From positions 352,001 to 416,000 of the forward strand of contig OZ244034.1 in assembly GCA_965215185.1 (NCBI GenBank): 64,000 nucleotides of DNA. The letters run 5' to 3'. This document shows, one piece after another, positions 9,948 to 19,762 of this stretch (position 1 is its first letter; each line of letters begins with the position of its first letter). The position numbers were made by a program, and so were the translations under genes. The notes beneath the pieces were generated by a model that was given only the letters and a program-made list of their open reading frames with translations, was not told the origin of the DNA and made no database searches. The DNA comes from Acidimicrobiia bacterium (GTDB taxonomy: Bacteria > Actinomycetota > Acidimicrobiia > Spongiisociales > ZC4RG35).

Positions 9948-11675
9948 TCAACGGTCAAGCCACACAATGGAGTAGTCCACAACCCAGTCCCCGGTTCGAA
10001 TGAAGCCATTGACATCCGCCGCCATCGCGAGAGGGAAAGTATCTGACACGATGGGGGCATGGAAGGCCAGTTCGTGACCTCTACGAGCGGCTGCTTCGAT
10101 GAACTCACTGGCTTCTTCTTGACTTGCAGCTTCATTGGCAGCTATCAAGAGCGAGTCATATTCTCCATCAATCAGCCCTCCCGAGTTGATACCTGCAGAC
10201 GGTGACGTGGACTCATACAGCCAGTAGTCGGAGTTGTCCCCCCACGATATCTGGTTCATATCGACGTCATCCGGCATACCTGTGTACCACCGGCCAACGT
10301 ACGTATTCCATTCGTAAGTACGAAGCTCCAGATCTATTCCGATTTCGGCCAGGTCTCGCTGAATCCATTCAGCCATCTGTACAGGCAAGATCTGCCCGGA
10401 TCCCGATGTCGACGTCTCAAACACCGCGTCAAACCCACCCTCATAGCCTGCTTCGGCAAGGAGCTCGCGCGCTCGCTCTGGGTCGTACTCATACCCCGCC
10501 CAATCTGGTACAGGGTTGAATGTCGCCGACGTAGACGAGCAGAAGCAGATAGCCGCCTCAACTGTACCGACAAGCAGTTCCGCCGCCATGCCATCTCTGT
10601 CGATCGCCAGATTGACGGCTTGTCGAACTCTCGGATCGTCAAAGGGTGGCCGCCTGTGCTGGAATTCTATATACCAAAGATGCGGAGTCGGGCCCGATGC
10701 AATCTTGAAACCGTCGTCTTCAAGCTCAAGTATCTGATCCGGAGGCACGACACGGATCATGTCGACTTCGCCGGCCCTCAGGGCGTTGACGCGACCAGAC
10801 TCATCTTCAATCGGTCGGAATATCAGTTCATCCACGTAGGGATGGGGAGTCCTCCAATAGTCCCGGTTTGCCTCCAGAGTCAAATGCTGTCCTCTTACCC
10901 ACTCGACGAACTTGAAGGGACCGGTGCCAATGGGATGATCCGCGACCTCTTCGCCATACTCAATAACAGCTGCGGGGCTAATCATCCATGGATGACCCAG
11001 ACCTGTTGTGGTGGCGAGCTTCTCAATGAAGAACCCAAAGGGTGCTGACAGGACGAACTGAACCGTGAATTCATCAACGACTTCAACAGCCTCGAGATTC
11101 TGGAATACTGTCGCGGCAAGCCCTGACAGTCCTTCTCCGATGTAATGATCGAAGCTTGGATCCCACACCCTGCGCACATTGAACTCGACAGCTCCCGCAT
11201 CAAAGGGCGTCCCATCATGGAAGGTCACACCCTCGCGCAGTGAGAATGTGTGGATCAAGCCATCCGGACTCGATTCCCACTCGGTGGCTAGCCGTGGCAC
11301 GATCTCGGGCGGGCTGCCATCGTTTGGAACGGTGTAATCGGCAGTAATGAGCTTCTCAAAGATCTGCTCGTTGACTTCATGCGTCTGTCCTCCCGAACTC
11401 CGATGTGGATCGAGAGTGCTGATCGTTGCTTCCAGCGCTACTATGAGAGTCCCTCCCTGCTGAGCCTCTGAATCGGCGCTTGTCTCAGCGGGCGCCGTCG
11501 TCTCAGGGGGCGCCGTCGTCTCAGGGGGCGCCGTCGTCTCAGGGGGTGCCGTCGTCTCAGCGGGCGCCGTCGTCTCAGCAGCAGCATCTGCCGCTTCGTC
11601 CCCGTCGTCGCCGCAGGCCGCAGCCAGCAACGCCAAGACAGCCATAAGGGCAATGGCTACTTTGAATTTCTTCAT
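9948..11675 (-). CDS. Family 5 ABC substrate-binding lipoprotein (DppA/OppA-like)
   Basis: Lipobox LAAAC, LREGVTFHDG, PIGTGPF, DPRVRQA. Confidence 0.93.
   Translation of the reverse strand: MKKFKVAIALMAVLALLAAACGDDGDEAADAAAETTAPAETTAPPETTAPPETTAPPETTAPAETSADSEAQQGGTLIVALEATISTLDPHRSSGGQTHEVNEQIFEKLITADYTVPNDGSPPEIVPRLATEWESSPDGLIHTFSLREGVTFHDGTPFDAGAVEFNVRRVWDPSFDHYIGEGLSGLAATVFQNLEAVEVVDEFTVQFVLSAPFGFFIEKLATTTGLGHPWMISPAAVIEYGEEVADHPIGTGPFKFVEWVRGQHLTLEANRDYWRTPHPYVDELIFRPIEDESGRVNALRAGEVDMIRVVPPDQILELEDDGFKIASGPTPHLWYIEFQHRRPPFDDPRVRQAVNLAIDRDGMAAELLVGTVEAAICFCSSTSATFNPVPDWAGYEYDPERARELLAEAGYEGGFDAVFETSTSGSGQILPVQMAEWIQRDLAEIGIDLELRTYEWNTYVGRWYTGMPDDVDMNQISWGDNSDYWLYESTSPSAGINSGGLIDGEYDSLLIAANEAASQEEASEFIEAAARRGHELAFHAPIVSDTFPLAMAADVNGFIRTGDWVVDYSIVWLDR
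11482..11579 (-). repeat. 18-bp coding tandem repeat (ETTAP[PA] x5), linker of the SBP
   Basis: GTCTCAG(C/G)GG(C/T)GCCGTC-type unit repeated about 5.4 times. Confidence 0.9.
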
Positions 11676-11840
11676 TGCTTATTCCTTCCTGCCGGGTGCT
11701 CGTCGGGCCAACGGCACTCGACTAAAAAAAGTGACCTGGGTCGGCAGATCAGCCGACCTCCAGTTCTAAATATATAGCTGGGTCTATCAATTCTTCCCTC
11801 GCAGGGGCATTATTTCTTGGGCACATCTCAAAAATTGAGT

Positions 11841-12177
11841 GTTGTTGGGGTTGGTGAATCCGTGAGCGACGCGTCGTGGGACCTGGAGGAGGTTGTTGAT
11901 CCCTTCGATGGGTCCGTTCGATGCTCGTCTGCTGGTGTGGTAGGCCAAGATCTCTTCTCCCCACGCGATGATCGTGTCCACGATGTCGCGGTATTCGCGG
12001 ATCTGGCCTGTGGCGTAGAGATCAGCGAACCGTCCCAGAGCCTCGTTGGCCTGATCGAGGTCGCCGGCTTCGTAGAGTTGGTAGAGTTCCTGGAGCGCGT
12101 CCCACGCGGTACGGAGACGTGGATGAGCGTCGACCAGCCGGTCGAGGTGCGCCTGGTGGGCGTCGCTGAGATGATCC
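11841..12177 (-). mobile_element. ISL3-family transposase 3' fragment
   Basis: Encodes ..EILAYH..RASNGPIEGINN..RVAHGFTN; near-identical inverted copy of 16523-16859. Confidence 0.85.
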
Positions 12178-12215
12178 AGTACACTACATCAGTTACAATC
12201 GTCTGGAGAGTCAAA

Positions 12216-13961
12216 GTGATTGATCTTGATATGAGGCTAGACCCGATTCAGTTTGAGGTGATTCGAAATGCTCTGCTTGAGATCACCGAAGAAATGAGCG
12301 CCACCGTTAGGCGTAGCGCGTATTCCACGAACATCAAGACGAGAGCCGATTTCTCATGTGCCCTGTATGACGAGCACCTTCGCGTCGTCGCTCAGTCGTT
12401 CGCCCAGCCGACCCACCTTGGATCGGCCGTCGAAGTGGTGCCCAACGCCATCCGCGAATACGGTGCTGACAACATTGGACCTGGCGATAGCATCGTCCTG
12501 AATCACCCTTACATCGGTGGAGGACACCTAAACGATGTGACCCTCATCTCTCCGGTGTGGTACAAGAATCGTCGACTCGGATATGTAGCCAACATCGCCC
12601 ATCACGTTGACGTCGGCGGGGGAGCTCCATCCAGTATCGGAGCATTTACGGAGGTATTCCAGGAGGGGGTGATCATCCCGCCTCTGAAATTGGTGCGTAG
12701 CGGAGAGGTCGTTGACGAGATCTTCCAACTCATTCTGTCTCAGATACGCTCGAAGCGGGAGTTCGCGGGCGACTTTCGTGCCCAGATCGCCTCAAATCAA
12801 GCTGGAATCCATAGGCTAACGGCATTACTAGACCGTTTCGGCCCTGAAGTAGTCGAGACTGGGATCGAACAGATTCTGTCCTACACGGAACAGCGTATTC
12901 GAGTCGAGGTGGGAGCTCTTCCGCGTGGCGTTTTCACGGCAGAGGGCTACGTGGATACTGACGGGTACACGGCTGATCCTGTTCGACTTGCTGTCAAGGT
13001 TGTCGTCGATGACGACGGTGTGCTATTTGATTTCGATGGCTCGGATCGTCAGCGGAAAGCGCCAGTGAACGCTACGTTCGCGATGACGTTCGCGACGTGT
13101 GCGTACGTCCTCAAGGCATTGACCGATCCCGATGTGCCAGTGAATGCGGGATTCTACGGCGCAGTACGCATAAACGCACCCGCAGGGTCCGTCGTGAATT
13201 GCGTGTATCCTGCTCCCGTAGTGGGGGGATGGGAAACTCAGATGAGACTCACAGACATCATTTTCAAGGCGTTGTCCCCCGCACTGCCTGAGATGATTCC
13301 CGCAGGTACAGAGGGGATGATCTGCCACGCTGGTTTTGGCGGAGAGGACCCTCGTACTGGCGAGTATTACTGCTTCCTTGAGACGCTCGCTGGCGGTTAT
13401 GGGGGTAGGGCTAAGAGTGACGGTCCCGACGCAGTCCAATGCCATGGGAAGAACACTGAGAACGCTCCAATCGAGGAGACCGAATCGAGTTACCCCGTCA
13501 GGATCGTTCGTTATGAGTTGGTAGAGAACTCAGAAGGTGCGGGAAGACACAGGGGGGGACTTGGGCTACGACGTGACTATCTTTTTCCCGATCATGAAGT
13601 GTCCTTCACAGTCCTCGCTGACCGGGATCGCTGGGGCCCACACGGGCTGTTCGGAGGACTTCCGGGAACTAAGGCTGAGTACGTACTCGTCTCGAAAGGC
13701 GAGACCAGCAAGGTCGGCGCTAAGTCAACCTTGCAGTTGAAGCCAGGGGACCTCGTCAGTTACCGAACCTGTGGCGGTGGGGGCTTTGGCCCGCCAAGTG
13801 AGAGGGATCCGGTCAGTGTTCTTGCCGACGTAAGAGATGGAAAAGTCAGTGCCGAGAGAGCACGAGAGGTCTACCGCGTGATGATTGATCCCAAGGATCT
13901 GGTCATAGACGAAGAGCAAACCAGTGTTCTTAGGGGTTCCAATAGCGTGGATAAGCAGTGA
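12216..13961 (+). CDS. Hydantoinase B/oxoprolinase subunit
   Basis: LDPIQFEVIR, DFSCAL, GGGHLND, HHVDVGG, GGGGFG; GTG start after GGAGAG (ATG 12231 is an alternative). Confidence 0.9.
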   Translation: MIDLDMRLDPIQFEVIRNALLEITEEMSATVRRSAYSTNIKTRADFSCALYDEHLRVVAQSFAQPTHLGSAVEVVPNAIREYGADNIGPGDSIVLNHPYIGGGHLNDVTLISPVWYKNRRLGYVANIAHHVDVGGGAPSSIGAFTEVFQEGVIIPPLKLVRSGEVVDEIFQLILSQIRSKREFAGDFRAQIASNQAGIHRLTALLDRFGPEVVETGIEQILSYTEQRIRVEVGALPRGVFTAEGYVDTDGYTADPVRLAVKVVVDDDGVLFDFDGSDRQRKAPVNATFAMTFATCAYVLKALTDPDVPVNAGFYGAVRINAPAGSVVNCVYPAPVVGGWETQMRLTDIIFKALSPALPEMIPAGTEGMICHAGFGGEDPRTGEYYCFLETLAGGYGGRAKSDGPDAVQCHGKNTENAPIEETESSYPVRIVRYELVENSEGAGRHRGGLGLRRDYLFPDHEVSFTVLADRDRWGPHGLFGGLPGTKAEYVLVSKGETSKVGAKSTLQLKPGDLVSYRTCGGGGFGPPSERDPVSVLADVRDGKVSAERAREVYRVMIDPKDLVIDEEQTSVLRGSNSVDKQ

Positions 13962-14004
13962 AGACGCGCCCTTCACGACCTGATTGAATGGGAGCAAGGC
14001 GAGC

Positions 14005-16101
14005 ATGACAAGCCGGATTGGAATTGACATTGGTGGCACGTTCACAGATGCAATTGTGATTAACGAAGCAACTGGCGAGATTTTCATCGACAAGGTCACT
14101 TCCACTCCTCGTGATCCATCGATTGGTTTTCTACAGGCGACCAATCGGATATTGGAACGCAATGAGCTGGACCCAAGCTCTATAGCATATCTAGTTCATG
14201 GTACGACTGTTGCTACCAATGCAATTATTGAGAATAGTCTGGCGAAATCTGCGTTTATCACGACGGATGGATTCAGGGATATGCTTGAGATTGGACGGCA
14301 GAATCGCCCCGTACTGTATGACCTTGGGTTTGAGAAACTTCGACCGCTGGTACCGCGCTATTTGTGTTTTGAGATACGAGAGCGGCTCGATGCCTCGGGC
14401 AATGTTGTCGTTCCAATTCATGTGGAAGATGTCAAATCAGTGGCCCGAAAGATAAAGGAGGAGGAAGTTGAGTCAATCGCTGTGTGTCTTCTGCATGCAC
14501 ATATCAATCCAGTTCATGAGGTAACCGTTGGCGAAATACTACGGTCCATGCTTCCAGAGACGGCCGTTTCGCTTTCGAGCGAGGTGGCACCAGAATTTCG
14601 GGAGTATTTCCGCGCCAGCACCACAACGATCAATGCTGGAATTCGCCCAATCGTTTCGCGATATCTTGAGAGTATCGAGAGTCGCCTTCGAGCTGAAAGC
14701 ATGACAGGTGAGCTTCTTGTGATGCAAAGCAATGGGGGACTGCAGACGTTCGAGGTAGCGGCCGAGAAGCCAGTATTCATGGTGGAGTCGGGGCCGGCCG
14801 CCGGAGTCATGGCGGCGACCTACCTCGGAGAATCGCTCGGGTTCAGCAACATGATCTCGCTGGATATGGGCGGGACCACGGCAAAAGTCGGCCTGATTCT
14901 GGATGGCGTACCGAACGTGACAAAGGATTACGAGGTGGGCGCAACCGCCCGACCAGGAATGGGGAGTGGTCGCGGTTCGGGCTATCCGATTCGTACTCCT
15001 GTCATTGACCTGGTTGAGATCGGAGCCGGAGGTGGATCAATCGCTTGGGTGGATTCAGGCGGTGCACTAAGGGTGGGGCCAAGAAGTGCTGGCGCTGATC
15101 CGGGCCCAGCGTGCTACGGCTGGGGCGGCCTGGAGCCGACGGTGACTGATGCCAACCTCGTCCTCGGACGGCTGAACCCCGAGTACTTCCTCGGCGGCGA
15201 GATAAAGCTCGACGTCGAGAGGGCTTCGGAGGCGATCGAAGGATTGGCATCCCAGTTAGGCATGGATCTAATCGATGCAGCTTACGGAATCTTGGAGATT
15301 GCCAATGCCGCAATGGTGAATGCCCTGAGGTTGATCTCCATACAACGTGGATATGACCCGCGCGAATTCGCTCTTGTCGCCTTCGGTGGAGCCGGTCCTT
15401 TGCACAGTGGAAGAATCGCCATCGAACTCGGATTCTCTCACACCATCGTGCCGCTTAGCCCTGGCATCTTCTCGGCATTGGGACTTCTCGTGACTGATCT
15501 GAAGCACGACTTCTCGAGAACGGTTCTGCAGAACGTCGAAAGACTTGATCTGACGATCATCGAAGGGCTTTTTCAAGAGCTGGAAAAAGAGGGCCGTGAC
15601 CTACTTGGGCGTGAAGGCGTCAAGGAGGAGGATGTTCAAGTTCGACGTTACGCTGAAATGCGCTACGTCGGTCAGAGCTATGAGCTCTCCCTCGACCTTC
15701 CAGATGGCGTTCTCACTCATAGCGACTTGGATCAGATCCTCGACCAGTTCGCCAAAGAGCATGATCGGGTCTACGGGTTCAGCGTCCCAGGTGAACCCGT
15801 AGAGATCGTCAACATACGTTTGAGTACCCTCGGCGACATTCGCAAGCCTAGACTGAGAGAAATCGGGAACAGTGGAACTGGGTTGGAATCTGCACACAAG
15901 GGAGCCCGATCTGTCTATTTCGACGAGAGCGGCGGATACATTGAGTGCCCCATATTCGACCGTTACAAGCTTGCTCAGGGCATTTCACTGATCGGTCCAG
16001 CCATAATCGAAGAACCGGATTCTACGACGGTTGTGCATCCCGGCTACAGCGTGAACATCGATCAATATGGAAACCTGTTGTTGACCTCGGATGACGGATA
16101 G
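14005..16101 (+). CDS. Hydantoinase A/oxoprolinase subunit
   Basis: IGIDIGGTFTD, HGTTVATNA, ESGPAAG, DMGGTT, GAGGGS, PGPACYG. Confidence 0.93.
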   Translation: MTSRIGIDIGGTFTDAIVINEATGEIFIDKVTSTPRDPSIGFLQATNRILERNELDPSSIAYLVHGTTVATNAIIENSLAKSAFITTDGFRDMLEIGRQNRPVLYDLGFEKLRPLVPRYLCFEIRERLDASGNVVVPIHVEDVKSVARKIKEEEVESIAVCLLHAHINPVHEVTVGEILRSMLPETAVSLSSEVAPEFREYFRASTTTINAGIRPIVSRYLESIESRLRAESMTGELLVMQSNGGLQTFEVAAEKPVFMVESGPAAGVMAATYLGESLGFSNMISLDMGGTTAKVGLILDGVPNVTKDYEVGATARPGMGSGRGSGYPIRTPVIDLVEIGAGGGSIAWVDSGGALRVGPRSAGADPGPACYGWGGLEPTVTDANLVLGRLNPEYFLGGEIKLDVERASEAIEGLASQLGMDLIDAAYGILEIANAAMVNALRLISIQRGYDPREFALVAFGGAGPLHSGRIAIELGFSHTIVPLSPGIFSALGLLVTDLKHDFSRTVLQNVERLDLTIIEGLFQELEKEGRDLLGREGVKEEDVQVRRYAEMRYVGQSYELSLDLPDGVLTHSDLDQILDQFAKEHDRVYGFSVPGEPVEIVNIRLSTLGDIRKPRLREIGNSGTGLESAHKGARSVYFDESGGYIECPIFDRYKLAQGISLIGPAIIEEPDSTTVVHPGYSVNIDQYGNLLLTSDDG

Positions 16102-16188
16102 CCGGAGAGGCTCGTCACGCCGAACAGAGAGCTGACTGCTTCGCCAAGGTTGCTCTAACGCAAATCACGCGCACGCCGGAAACCAGTT

Positions 16189-16938
16189 GGCCCTGCGCGG
16201 AAATGTGGGGTTGGGTGGGTTGAAATCCTTGGATTGGGGGTGAGGCCTCGCTGGAATCGGTAAAGTACCAACTCGCCGATTCGAGGAGGCCTCGATGTCT
16301 GATGTTATGTCTGTTCGTCTGCACTTGTCGGGTTCGCGTTAGGAGCGATCGCGCAGTATCTACCGGACGGTCTTCACGTACTCGATCGTTTTCACGTGGC
16401 GCGCTGGTTCACCGAAGGCCTCACCCTGGTACGACGCGAGATACAACGCCGCCCCCTGATCAGCGTCCGCCGACCTACGAACCGGATCTGTTCCGGGCCC
16501 GCTTCACGCTCCTGCGGCGCGCGGATCATCTCAGCGACGCCCACCAGGCGCACCTCGACCGGCTGGTCGACGCTCATCCACGTCTCCGTACCGCGTGGGA
16601 CGCGCTCCAGGAACTCTACCAACTCTACGAAGCCGGCGACCTCGATCAGGCCAACGAGGCTCTGGGACGGTTCGCTGATCTCTACGCCACAGGCCAGATC
16701 CGCGAATACCGCGACATCGTGGACACGATCATCGCGTGGGGAGAAGAGATCTTGGCCTACCACACCAGCAGACGAGCATCGAACGGACCCATCGAAGGGA
16801 TCAACAACCTCCTCCAAGTCCTATGACGCGTCGCTCACGGGTTCACCAACCCCAACAACTACGCAGCCCGAGCGATCCTCGTAACATGACCTCAACACCG
16901 AGCACAGCATGCCAAAACCCACGATTTCGCGCAGCCTC
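16189..16938 (+). mobile_element. Internally deleted ISL3-family element with a pseudo-transposase
   Basis: Imperfect terminal IRs (GGCCCTGCGCGGAAATGTGGG / CCCACGATTTCGCGCAGCCTC), DRFHV and SNGPIEGINN motifs in different frames, premature TGA at 16824. Confidence 0.8.
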
Positions 16939-17213
16939 ATCCGTTCCACTACTGGCTAGAGACCCTCTGAGTCATGATGGCTGGCAGGACTGAGTGGTAT
17001 CACGACACTCACATAGAATGTAGCTCAGACCGGCTACGCACACCCGCATCCCAAGCAGAGGAGAAACAGCAACACCGTGTCGACGAATCAGACCGGGCGA
17101 GCCTACGAGGAAGTGAAGGATCCGTTGCGGCTGGCAGGCGGAATATCGATCAGCATTCCAAGGCTGAGAACGTGGATTCGGGATCGGAGTAGAAACCTGT
17201 TGCTGTCCGGTGC

Positions 17214-17534
17214 CTAATCAGTAGTTATCTTAACTCCGAGGAGTGGAGCGTGCTGCTGACAACCGTACACGTCCCGATCCCTGGGGCTACCAGAAACCGC
17301 TGGTCGTACGATTGTGATCTTGAGGCCTCGAGCTGAATCGTGCCATGCAAGGTTGATTACATCGCTCTTGTCGATTCCGTAGCACCGCGAAACCAAAGAA
17401 TCGGTAATGATGCCCGACATCTTCACTTGACTAAACGCCTCGGCGCTATCAAAAAATACATCAAAAGTCAGCAAATACGGCCCAGCATTCTTGCTTCTGA
17501 GGATGCTTGCGACCTCGCCCAGGGTCGTGTTCAT
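17214..17534 (-). CDS. DUF4387-family protein
   Basis: LRSKNAGPY.LTFD and DVYGCQQHAPL motifs; directly after the AtuA-like gene. Confidence 0.8.
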   Translation of the reverse strand: MNTTLGEVASILRSKNAGPYLLTFDVFFDSAEAFSQVKMSGIITDSLVSRCYGIDKSDVINLAWHDSARGLKITIVRPAVSGSPRDRDVYGCQQHAPLLGVKITTD

Positions 17535-17535
17535 A

Positions 17536-18900
17536 TCAGCTATAGCTCCCAACAGCTACTTCAAAACATTCATCTGGCGAGTCGAGAGTCATCAAGTGAT
17601 GCACGCTGAACTCATAGACCGGCCCGCACGATAGGGTTCCCGGCGCAAGAGGGTATGCCAAGTTAGCCGCAGTTGCCTTGATACCAGGATACTTGAAGTG
17701 ATCGATCGATGACCGGACGAAGGCAACGATGGTATCTGCCAGCGTTTGCGACTCAGCGACAACCCTGATTAGGAGGCCTACTTCGTGAGCGGGGATTGGG
17801 GTGGGTTCTAGATGTCCCATCACTCCATCTCGTCCATACACTACAAAATCGAGATCAAAGTCGTCACTAAACCGCTGGGCGGTAGCCTCGTGGACGGCGT
17901 CGACGATCAAATCAATATTGGATATGAAATACGGATCTCGTGCGCCAGCAATAGTGATCGAACGATATCCACGCTGGGTGGCACCCTCGATGAGCACTTC
18001 ATACCGATCACTCTCGCACCATTCACTCCCGGAGATGTTGACCCACCCATCCTGGGCTTGCTCGAATTCACTGTTTCCCATCCAGACGTGCCCACCGGGC
18101 AAGTACAATCTGGCTGGGTCTGATTCCTCATAAAAGCTTTGGGCGGCGACAGAACGGGGTGAGCAGACGATGGAGTGTTTGGGCGAGCCGACCGTGAAAT
18201 GGTCTTCCCTGATTATTCCCGTCATGGACTCGGCGGCACCATGGTCTGCCTCAGAACACATGGCACCACATTCGAGAATCTGACCCATGTGCCAAGCTAG
18301 GCCCTTGGGATAGCCTTCCCTAATCGCCAAAGCAGCAAAAATTGCGGCATCGCAGCTTCGGCCAGCGATCACGAGATCTGGTTCGAGATCGAGTGCCTCC
18401 ACTATTTGTTCGACACCCATTAGGCCGACTATGTGAGTCGTTTCTTCGATCGTTTGGACGGAAAGTTGCTCCTCTGGCCCCAGACTTCTTATCTTGCCGG
18501 CACGGAGTTTTCGCTTGATGTAATCCTTGTGCAGCTCTGAACGAACGGTTGCGATGCGGAGGCTCCATCCACACTCACGAGCAATTTCGTGGGCGATGTC
18601 AAGCATCCATTCGATCCCAAAGTCAGACCCGGACGTTCCAGCGGAGCCGATAACCACGGGAATGCGCCGTGAGCGGCTGGCAGTCAGAATCCTGCCTAGG
18701 TCGTCGGCCGTTGTGGATCGTGCTGCCTCCACAATGCCCCCACCCAGATTGTGTGGACCAGAGTCTGTTGAGCCTGCATCAATTCCTATGACGTGCGGGT
18801 TCAGAGCTAAGTTCATTTCGAAGCTGTCATCAGGGAATCCGAAACCCAGCATGCCCGTAGGGACTAGAGTCCGTAGCTCTCGACTTGCCCTGTGGACCAT
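17536..18900 (-). CDS. AtuA-like (DUF1446) protein
   Basis: PTGMLGFG, DAGSTDSGP, GSAG, AGRSCD, WHMGQILECG. Confidence 0.8.
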   Translation of the reverse strand: MVHRASRELRTLVPTGMLGFGFPDDSFEMNLALNPHVIGIDAGSTDSGPHNLGGGIVEAARSTTADDLGRILTASRSRRIPVVIGSAGTSGSDFGIEWMLDIAHEIARECGWSLRIATVRSELHKDYIKRKLRAGKIRSLGPEEQLSVQTIEETTHIVGLMGVEQIVEALDLEPDLVIAGRSCDAAIFAALAIREGYPKGLAWHMGQILECGAMCSEADHGAAESMTGIIREDHFTVGSPKHSIVCSPRSVAAQSFYEESDPARLYLPGGHVWMGNSEFEQAQDGWVNISGSEWCESDRYEVLIEGATQRGYRSITIAGARDPYFISNIDLIVDAVHEATAQRFSDDFDLDFVVYGRDGVMGHLEPTPIPAHEVGLLIRVVAESQTLADTIVAFVRSSIDHFKYPGIKATAANLAYPLAPGTLSCGPVYEFSVHHLMTLDSPDECFEVAVGSYS

Positions 18901-18960
18901 TTCTCTCCTCTGCCGATCCGCACTCCGTCTTTGGTGTGCCAGTTACTATAGCGGCTCTTC

Positions 18961-19720
18961 GATGCTCCTATGGTTGTCAAATCGATGCTTCTATGTTTGC
19001 CAAATCGAGTTTTTGGGGTCGGGGTTTAGTTTGGCCGGTTTAGGGGGTTTGGGGTGTTGGTGGTGGGTTTTGGAGGAGTCGATGCTCCTATGTTTTGCAA
19101 ATCGGGTTCTGGTGGGTGAGCCAGTGGTGGTATCGGGTGGCGAGTTGATGGTTGTGGTATAGGCCTCGTTCGAGTTGTGAGAGGCGTGTTGGCTGGGTGT
19201 GGAGGGCTGTGGCGGCGTGAGTGAGCGATGTTTGGGTGTTTTGGCGTAGGCAGCGGAGATGGGCGCCGTTGGGTGTTTGGGGCGGGTTGGTCAACAGTTG
19301 GTAGACCTGGCGGGCAATGTAGATGCTCCTATGGTTGTCAAATCGAGTTTTGGTGGGGTGTGAGGGCGGTGAGCCATTGGTGGTATTGGGTGGCGAGTTG
19401 GTGGTTGTGGTATAGGCCTCGTTCGAGTTGTGAGATGCGGTTGGGGTGGGTTTGTAGGGCGGTGGCGGCGTGGGTGAGGGTTGTTAGCGCGTTTTTGCGT
19501 AGACAGCGAAGATGGGCGCCGTTGGGGGTTTCGGGTGGGTTGGTGAGCAGGTGGTAGATCTCCCGGGCGATGTGGCGTTTTAGGCAGCGGATGATCTCCC
19601 GGCGGTTTTTGCCTTCTGTTTGTCTTTTTTGGGCGTAGGCGATGGTGGTCTGGTCGTAGCGCATGCGGGTGATGGCGATCCGCCACAGGGATGCTTCTAT
19701 GATTTCCAAATCGAGTTTTT
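18961..19720 (-). repeat. Five IS110 right-end copies
   Basis: Minus-strand consensus GATTTG(A/G/C)nAAnCATAG(G/A)AGCATC ending at 18961, 18984, 19081, 19322 and 19690; GG variant x3, GA variant x2. Confidence 0.85.
19081..19321 (-). pseudogene. IS110 transposase C-terminal remnant with HTH tail plus right end
   Basis: YIARQVYQLLTNPP..GAHLRCLRQN..LTHAATAL..RLSQLERG; paralogue of the element B tail. Confidence 0.75.
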
Positions 19721-19762
19721 GGGGTCGGGGTGACCAACAGGGCAGCGGCTTGTTTGGCGGGT

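Noticed and set aside
11817-12215. 714-aa hydantoinase B ORF with a long novel N-terminus
   Set aside because: The extension is the antisense reading of the ISL3 fragment; family homology and an RBS begin at ~12216
2721-17028. CTGAGACCTACA (2721) and TGTAGCTCAG (17019) as terminal inverted repeats of the island
   Set aside because: Short match needing a 2-nt gap, with no target duplication seen
19322-19345. Circle-junction promoter formed by right-end TTGACA and a left-end -10 box
   Set aside because: Plausible by IS110 precedent, but only some ends have TTGACA and I could not place a convincing -10 at 17 bp for elements A and C
18961-19720. CRISPR-like array of ~25-30 bp repeats
   Set aside because: Spacing is irregular (23-368 bp), the spacers are transposase tails, and there are no cas genes; these are IS110 right ends
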